Positions 58,714 through 64,000 of a stretch of 64,000 bases of DNA are shown here, in pieces (position 1 is the stretch's first letter; every line of letters begins with the position of its first letter). The DNA is from an uncultured Candidatus Saccharibacteria bacterium (GTDB taxonomy: Bacteria > Patescibacteriota > Saccharimonadia > Saccharimonadales > Saccharimonadaceae): NCBI GenBank assembly GCA_964492765.1, contig CAZBLB010000001.1, positions 1,736-65,735 of the forward strand, read 5' to 3'. A model generated the notes under the pieces. The model was not told where the DNA came from. It made no database searches and worked only from the letters and a program-made list of their open reading frames with translations. The translations under genes and the position numbers were made by a program.

Positions 58714-59067
58714 ATGCTCGCGATTCGCATGCAGCGTAATGGCCGTACTCACCTCCCGGTGTATCGGATAGTCGTCCAAGAATCACAGCGCCATCCCCTC
58801 TCTGGGCGCGTTGTGGCCGAGGTCGGCTCATACAACCCAGAAACCAAAAAACTCACCCTCATAAAAGAAAAAGTCGAGTTTTATCTTAAAAACGGCGCCC
58901 AGCCTTCTTCTCGCGTCGCTCACGTCCTCGAGAAAAACGGTGTCAAACTTCCTGAGTGGTACAAAAAGCCCCCAGTAAAGTCCGTTAAGGCTAAACACGC
59001 CAACAAACTCCGCAGAAACCAGCCCAAAGAGGCTCCTGCGGACGCCGAAGCTCCCGCCGAGGCTTAG
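58714..59067 (+). CDS. rpsP: 30S ribosomal protein S16
   Basis: MLAIRMQRNG, YRIVV, EVGSYNP, GAQPS. Confidence 0.97.
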   Translation: MLAIRMQRNGRTHLPVYRIVVQESQRHPLSGRVVAEVGSYNPETKKLTLIKEKVEFYLKNGAQPSSRVAHVLEKNGVKLPEWYKKPPVKSVKAKHANKLRRNQPKEAPADAEAPAEA

Positions 59068-59108
59068 CTAACCCCTACAATTCACAAATCGTAGGTTCTA
59101 TGCACAAC

Positions 59109-59137
59109 AAAAATCGCCCCTAAAGGGCGATTTTTTA
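59109..59137. terminator. bidirectional terminator, AAAATCGCCC family
   Basis: AAAAATCGCCC-CTAAA-GGGCGATTTTT between convergent rpsP and khpA. Confidence 0.85.
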
Positions 59138-59144
59138 GTTCCGA

Positions 59145-59519
59145 TTATATATCGAGGTCGTCCAAGTCTTTCAGCTCAGCCCGAGTTTTGTCCGCTACGC
59201 TCTCGTCGGCTTCCTCAGTCTCAGCCTTTTCACTCGCTTCATCCGCCTCTGTCGTTCCACCAGTCTCCGCCCCATCCGTATTCACAATTTTAAGGTTATA
59301 GCGCGCATCGTTCTTCGTTCCAAGCGCCCTAAGAAGCGTACGAATAGACTGCGCCGTTACCCCACGCTTGCCAATCACGCGCCCCACGTCTTCTGGATCA
59401 ACCGACAGAGAAAGAAGCACGCCTTTTTCATCAATTTTTCTTTCAACAGAAACTTTATCTGGATTATTAACGAGAGTTTTCACGATATACTCAACAAATT
59501 GCTGGTCGATGGTTGACAT
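59145..59519 (-). CDS. khpA: KH-domain RNA-binding protein KhpA
   Basis: VDPEDVGRVIGKRGVTAQSIRTLL (GxxG KH loop). Confidence 0.92.
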   Translation of the reverse strand: MSTIDQQFVEYIVKTLVNNPDKVSVERKIDEKGVLLSLSVDPEDVGRVIGKRGVTAQSIRTLLRALGTKNDARYNLKIVNTDGAETGGTTEADEASEKAETEEADESVADKTRAELKDLDDLDI

Positions 59520-59694
59520 TTTTTGCTCCATGTTATTATTTTACCCCTATTATATCACAAACCTTCGCGCTCGCGCCAAAAAAATCGCCCCCTGTTGGGG
59601 GGCGTGGCCAGAAACGGCGCGGAAAAATCGGTAGAAAATCACGGAGCGAACAGCTAGGCAAGAGCCGAAACGAAACGGGCGTAAAAGTCGCGTT

Positions 59695-60138
59695 TTACGA
59701 CTGCTTCGCCTCGCGTTCTTTGCGCTTCGCCTCCACCTTCTTATACATCTCCTCAATCTCATAAAGAGACATCGGCATCGGCACGTCCTTCTTCACCTCT
59801 CTCGCGACGACTCTTCTGTAATAGTCTCTTCGGCTAGCCGACAGATGAAGATTGTTTAAGATTGCCGACTTGTCGCGAGCAGAAGCAGAAAGCGGGATAC
59901 CTTCGGCGTGCGCCACGTCCACGAGTCGGTCAAACCTTCGCGACACTTTTCCGTTCGCGTCGCTTAGTCGCCTCTCAAGACGGTCCCACTCTCCGTGGTA
60001 TCTTTCATTAAAAAGCTCAATCACGCGAGGATGCGGAGTCCGCTCCAGAAGCTCCTTCTTCATAAAATAAATGCGATTAAACGCACCAATATCTTTCAGG
60101 AGCCCCAAAATTTCCAGATAATAAGTTGCGATAGACAC
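59695..60138 (-). CDS. hypothetical basic protein (147 aa)
   Basis: GTG start, GGGGGTG RBS, upstream TGCTATAAT; Arg/Lys-rich; no motif recognised. Confidence 0.75.
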   Translation of the reverse strand: MSIATYYLEILGLLKDIGAFNRIYFMKKELLERTPHPRVIELFNERYHGEWDRLERRLSDANGKVSRRFDRLVDVAHAEGIPLSASARDKSAILNNLHLSASRRDYYRRVVAREVKKDVPMPMSLYEIEEMYKKVEAKRKEREAKQS

Positions 60139-60315
60139 CTATATCACCCCCTAAAAGGTCTATCCTTTTATTATAGCACAAAACTCAAGAAAAATCAACC
60201 TCAAGCCTTCACCACCCCTAATCAAGCCCCATCCCCGCACAACACTAATAAACCCCACAAACCACCGCGCCCCACACGCTCCGTGCCCAAACCAACCCAA
60301 AAAATCCCCACCACC

Positions 60316-60415
60316 AAAAAACCACCGGTAGCCAAACCCGTGGATTTTTGAACATATAAGCTCTCAACTTTTATGTGTAAAGCCGACTCGCAGTTAGCTT
60401 TGTTCAAAAAGAACT
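60316..60415 (-). ncRNA. putative structured sRNA or riboswitch-like leader (~100 nt)
   Basis: Follows a consensus promoter; TTTTTGAACA/TGTTCAAAAA stem enclosing two hairpins, then a GC hairpin and T6. Confidence 0.45.
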
Positions 60416-60421
60416 ATACCC

Positions 60422-60450
60422 AGTATACTCAAATTTCTTATGCTTGTCAA
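60422..60450 (-). promoter_or_regulatory. consensus sigma70 promoter
   Basis: TTGACA-17 bp-TATACT on the minus strand. Confidence 0.85.
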
Positions 60451-60466
60451 GATTTTTTTGAAAAAT

Positions 60467-60491
60467 AAAATCGCCCCCTGTCTAGGGGGCG
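60467..60491 (-). terminator. terminator, AAAATCGCCCC family
   Basis: Minus strand CGCCCCC-TAGACA-GGGGGCG-ATTTTATTTTT downstream of 60552-60995. Confidence 0.7.
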
Positions 60492-60551
60492 TAGGTTTTT
60501 TGGGTTCTAACTAGCCGACGTCTCGGATAATTAATGTTCTGAACGGACGTC

Positions 60552-60995
60552 TCAGCCAATCGCTTTCGTCACAATCTTCCACGCCGTAAGTCTCGGAAAA
60601 ATCGTCGCAATCAGCGCCAGCTCGCGGTCGAAAAGCACAGCCCCCTCCACGGTATTGTTCGGCTTACGCGCAGGTATCTCCGGGGTCGTATAGCAGGCCA
60701 GCTCGCATTTCGGCGCACCCTCGATGTCGGGTCTCAGTGGCCTCGCCACCACGTCGTGTCCACGACTCGGCGCATACACCGCAATCTTGTCCACCCAGAC
60801 TTCCGCGCCCAGGCTAATTCCACTGCCGGCCGCAAAGCCAAACACCATCACGTCCGCCATCTGCGGAATATTCAGTCTCTTGGCCGCGTCGAGCGACCAA
60901 ATCCCTCCCTTGATTAAATAAATCTGGTGGCCGAACTTGCTAAACCTCTCGCGCGCAAAGGCGTACTCTCTAGGCTCCGTTGTCAGGATATGCAT
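60552..60995 (-). CDS. degenerate nucleoside phosphorylase / MTA-SAH nucleosidase-fold protein
   Basis: Motif order matches PNP_UDP_1 (HILTTEPRE; LIKGGIW; VMVFGFAAG; LFDRELALI; KIVT); GGAGGTG RBS before ATG 60995. Confidence 0.65.
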   Translation of the reverse strand: MHILTTEPREYAFARERFSKFGHQIYLIKGGIWSLDAAKRLNIPQMADVMVFGFAAGSGISLGAEVWVDKIAVYAPSRGHDVVARPLRPDIEGAPKCELACYTTPEIPARKPNNTVEGAVLFDRELALIATIFPRLTAWKIVTKAIG

Positions 60996-61051
60996 AAAAA
61001 CACCTCCGTTCCTGCATGCTCCCAAAAGTTCTAATGTGCTACGGATTTCCA

Positions 61052-61080
61052 ACTATAAACCGTTTCCGCCCTTTTGTCAA
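61052..61080 (-). promoter_or_regulatory. sigma70 promoter
   Basis: TTGACA-17 bp-TATAGT on the minus strand. Confidence 0.8.
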
Positions 61081-61098
61081 CTTCGCCCCATGCCCGAT

Positions 61099-61125
61099 TT
61101 TTGAGCGCGGATGAAATCTCCGACA
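61099..61125 (+). repeat. dispersed motif copy 6 (intergenic)
   Basis: TTTTGAGCGCGGA-TGAAATC-TCCGACA. Confidence 0.9.
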
Positions 61126-61327
61126 AAATCTCACAAATTTCTCGTCTTTGCCTCTTTACTTTTTCAATAAAATCCGCTAAAATATTTTTCAAGAAGCAGT
61201 TTGCCGAATTTTTTTGTAGCAAGAAGGGACCGGCGACCCGTCTTGTTAAAAACTCGGCAGTAATCTTCGGCGCTAAAGATTATCTCCCTCAAAAGGGAAC
61301 TACCAAACTTAACCAAAAAGGACCCCC

Positions 61328-64000
61328 GTGAACTCCACCAAATCTACTGGTCGCGTTTTCTTCACTGAAGGCGACCAAGCTCTTCCTATCCCTGACCTTA
61401 TCTCTCACCAAAAGGACAGCTGGGAAGATTTTGTCAAGTCCGGTCTCCGCGAGGTTTTTAACGAGCTTAATCCTATCGAGGACTACACTCACCAAAAACT
61501 CGCGCTCCGCTTTAAAGATTATTACTTTAAAGAGCCGTCCGAATCCGAACGCGACGCCAAATACAACTTAACAACTTATGACGCGCCTCTCCACGTCATC
61601 GTCGAGCTAGAAAACAAGGTCACCGGCGTCAAAAAAGAGCAAGACATCTTCTTTGGCGACTACCCCTGGATGACCGACCGTGCAACTTTCATCATTAACG
61701 GCACCGAACGTGTTATCGTCTCCCAGCTCATTCGCTCCGCCGGTGTCTTTTTCACCGCCGACCACATCGGCGAGAAAAACTACTACGGCGCCAAGGTCAT
61801 CCCTGGCCGCGGTGCTTGGCTCGAATTCGAGACCGCCACTTCCGGCGCTATCTACGTCAAAATTGACCGCCGCCGCAAAGTCCCCGTCACGACTCTTCTT
61901 CGCGCCCTCGGCATCTCCAAAAACTCCGAAATCAAAGAAAAGTTCGCCGGTCTCGACGAAGGTGTTTTCTCTTACATCGACGCCACGCTCGAAAAAGATA
62001 CCACTCGTGGCCAGTCCGAAGCTTTGATTGAGGTTTACCGCCGTCTTCGCCCTGGCGACCTTGCGACCGTCGAAAACGCCAAAGATATGATTGAGCGCAC
62101 TTTCTTCGACTACAAGCGCTACGATTATTCCCGCGTTGGTCGTTTCAAAATTAACCAGAGGCTCGGTTTCGACACTCCAAACGACAGCGAACACCGCACT
62201 CTTCAGATGCAAGACCTCCTCGCGATTATCGCCGAAATCATCCGCCTCAATAACACTCAAGACCCCGCCGACGACATCGACTCTCTCGCCAACCGCCGCA
62301 TCAAACTCGTTGGCGAGCTCGTCCAGCGCCAGTTCCGCCTCGGCATGCTCCGTCTCCAGAGAAACATTCTCGACCGCATGTCCATGGCCAACCTCGACGA
62401 TGTCACTCCATCCCAGCTCCTAAACTCCCGCCCGGTCGTCGCCGCCGTCAAAGAGTTCTTCGCCTCCTCCCAGCTCTCTCAGCTGATGGACGAAACCAAC
62501 CCCTTCGCCGAGCTTTCCCACAAACGCCGTCTAAGCTCCATGGGGCCCGGTGGCCTCACCCGCGAACGCGCCGGTTTCGATGTCCGTGACGCCCACCCGA
62601 CTCACTACGGTCGTATCTGCACCGTCGAAACTCCAGAAGGTGGCAACGTCGGTCTCGTGCTTAACCTCGCTACTTACGCCCGCATCAACGACTACGGCTT
62701 CATCGAAGCCCCTTATCGCGTCGTTAAAGACGGCAAGGTCACGAACGAAATCGTCTACGTTGATGCTTCCGCCGAAGACGACATGATTATCGCCGACGCC
62801 TCGGTCAAGCTCGACAAAAACGGCAAATTCATCGACACTTTCGTCTCCGCTCGTGTTCACGGCACACCAGCCCAGGTCGAGTCTTCTCGTGTCACCCACG
62901 TCGACGCCGCCCACAAAGAAATCTTAGGCGTCAGCGCCTCCCTTATTCCTTTCGTAGAAAAGAACCGTGTTGACCGCTCCCTCATGGCCTGCGCCATGCA
63001 GAAACAAGCCGTTCCTCTCTTAAAGACCGACGCACCTGTCGTCGGCACCGGTATCGAAGGCGAAGTCGCCAAAAACCTTTCTCAGGTCATCTTTGCCGAA
63101 GGCGACGGCGAAGTCAAAAAAGCCGACGGCATCTCTATTATCGTCAAATACGCCGACAAGTCCGAAAAAGAATACAAACTCACCCACTTCGAGAAAAACA
63201 ACGACGACCGCTGTTATAATATGCGCACTCGCGTCGTCCGCGGTCAAAAAGTCAAAAAAGGCGACATTCTCATCGAAGGTGCTTCCGTCGAAAACGGCGA
63301 GCTCGCCCTCGGAAAAGACCTTCTCGTTGCGTTCATGCCTTGGCGTGGCTACAACATGGATGACGCCATCGTCATCTCCTCCCGCCTCGTCGAAGACGAT
63401 GAACTTACATCTATTAACATCAAAGACTACGACGTCGAAGTTCGTGAAACCAAGCTCGGTCCCGAACAAATCACTCGCGACATCCCAAACGTTTCCGAAC
63501 ATTCTCTCCGCCACCTCGGCGAAGACGGCATCGTAGCCGTTGGCTCCGAAGTTTCCACCGGCGACATCCTCGTCGGCAAGATTACCCCGAAAGGCGAACA
63601 AGAGCTCTCTAGCGAAGAGCGCCTTCTCCGCGCCATCTTCGGCGAAAAAGCCAAAGACGTCCGCGACACCTCCGTCCGCATGAACGGCGGCACCGGCAAA
63701 GTCATCGGCGTCCGCATCTACACCCGCGAACAAGGCCACGACCTCAAAGCTGGCGTCCTCATGCAAATCAAAATCTACGTCGCCGAAATGCGCAAAATCG
63801 ACGTCGGCGATAAGCTCGCCGGTCGCCACGGCAACAAAGGCGTCGTCTCTCGTATCCTTCCGGTCGAAGACATGCCGTTTATGGCCGACGGCACCCCGAT
63901 TGACATTCTTCTTTCCCCAATGGGTGTGCCTTCCCGTATGAACCTCGGCCAGCTCTTCGAGACCCACCTCGGCATGGCGGCTCGCGCTCTCGGCTACAAA
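61328..64000 (+). CDS. rpoB: RNA polymerase beta subunit (runs off window end)
   Basis: GTG 61328 after AAAAGGA; INGTERVIVSQL, HKRRLSSMGPGGLTRE, YGRICTVETPEG, GDKLAGRHGNKG, GVPSRMNLGQ; open to base 64000, so absent from the ORF track. Confidence 0.99.
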   Translation, partial: MNSTKSTGRVFFTEGDQALPIPDLISHQKDSWEDFVKSGLREVFNELNPIEDYTHQKLALRFKDYYFKEPSESERDAKYNLTTYDAPLHVIVELENKVTGVKKEQDIFFGDYPWMTDRATFIINGTERVIVSQLIRSAGVFFTADHIGEKNYYGAKVIPGRGAWLEFETATSGAIYVKIDRRRKVPVTTLLRALGISKNSEIKEKFAGLDEGVFSYIDATLEKDTTRGQSEALIEVYRRLRPGDLATVENAKDMIERTFFDYKRYDYSRVGRFKINQRLGFDTPNDSEHRTLQMQDLLAIIAEIIRLNNTQDPADDIDSLANRRIKLVGELVQRQFRLGMLRLQRNILDRMSMANLDDVTPSQLLNSRPVVAAVKEFFASSQLSQLMDETNPFAELSHKRRLSSMGPGGLTRERAGFDVRDAHPTHYGRICTVETPEGGNVGLVLNLATYARINDYGFIEAPYRVVKDGKVTNEIVYVDASAEDDMIIADASVKLDKNGKFIDTFVSARVHGTPAQVESSRVTHVDAAHKEILGVSASLIPFVEKNRVDRSLMACAMQKQAVPLLKTDAPVVGTGIEGEVAKNLSQVIFAEGDGEVKKADGISIIVKYADKSEKEYKLTHFEKNNDDRCYNMRTRVVRGQKVKKGDILIEGASVENGELALGKDLLVAFMPWRGYNMDDAIVISSRLVEDDELTSINIKDYDVEVRETKLGPEQITRDIPNVSEHSLRHLGEDGIVAVGSEVSTGDILVGKITPKGEQELSSEERLLRAIFGEKAKDVRDTSVRMNGGTGKVIGVRIYTREQGHDLKAGVLMQIKIYVAEMRKIDVGDKLAGRHGNKGVVSRILPVEDMPFMADGTPIDILLSPMGVPSRMNLGQLFETHLGMAARALGYK

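Noticed and set aside
60222-60407. 61-aa TTG ORF, and a 36-aa hydrophobic ORF from ATG 60354, across the sRNA candidate (possible type I toxin)
   Set aside because: No SD; both cross a terminator; the hydrophobicity comes from G/T-rich low-complexity DNA
61074-61331. 85-aa ORF upstream of rpoB
   Set aside because: TTG start overlaps a minus-strand -35 box, no RBS; better explained as regulatory/leader DNA

Overview
This is a core-chromosome segment of a small-genome bacterium. Gene content and protein signatures suggest Patescibacteria (CPR), most likely Saccharibacteria; that assignment is an inference. It uses genetic code 11. The window runs from the end of rpsD through rpoA-rplQ-rplM-rpsI to the 5' two-thirds or more of rpoB. 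It holds about 60 CDS: five aminoacyl-tRNA synthetases (LysRS, SerRS, MetRS, PheRS, LeuRS), secA, prfB, an ftsEX-CHAP-S41 protease cluster, uvrA, sbcB, xseAB, dnaE, ldh and a PfkB-like/class I aldolase fusion. There is one tRNA-Leu(CAA). I saw no rRNA, CRISPR array, transposase or integrase. The most unusual signals are non-coding. (1) A 27-nt motif, TTTTGAGCGCGGA-N7-TCCGAMA, occurs six times, five of them inside genes. Five consecutive copies are 13.4-14.1 kb apart and alternate in orientation. (2) Two intergenic rod-like palindromes (302 and 172 nt) share a bulged core but have unrelated, self-complementary outer and inner stems. (3) An islet next to rpoB has a promoter/terminator-bounded structured sRNA candidate, a degenerate nucleoside-phosphorylase-fold gene and a basic orphan. 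(4) Many genes have a leaderless promoter layout. (5) The strand carrying most genes is strongly C-rich.
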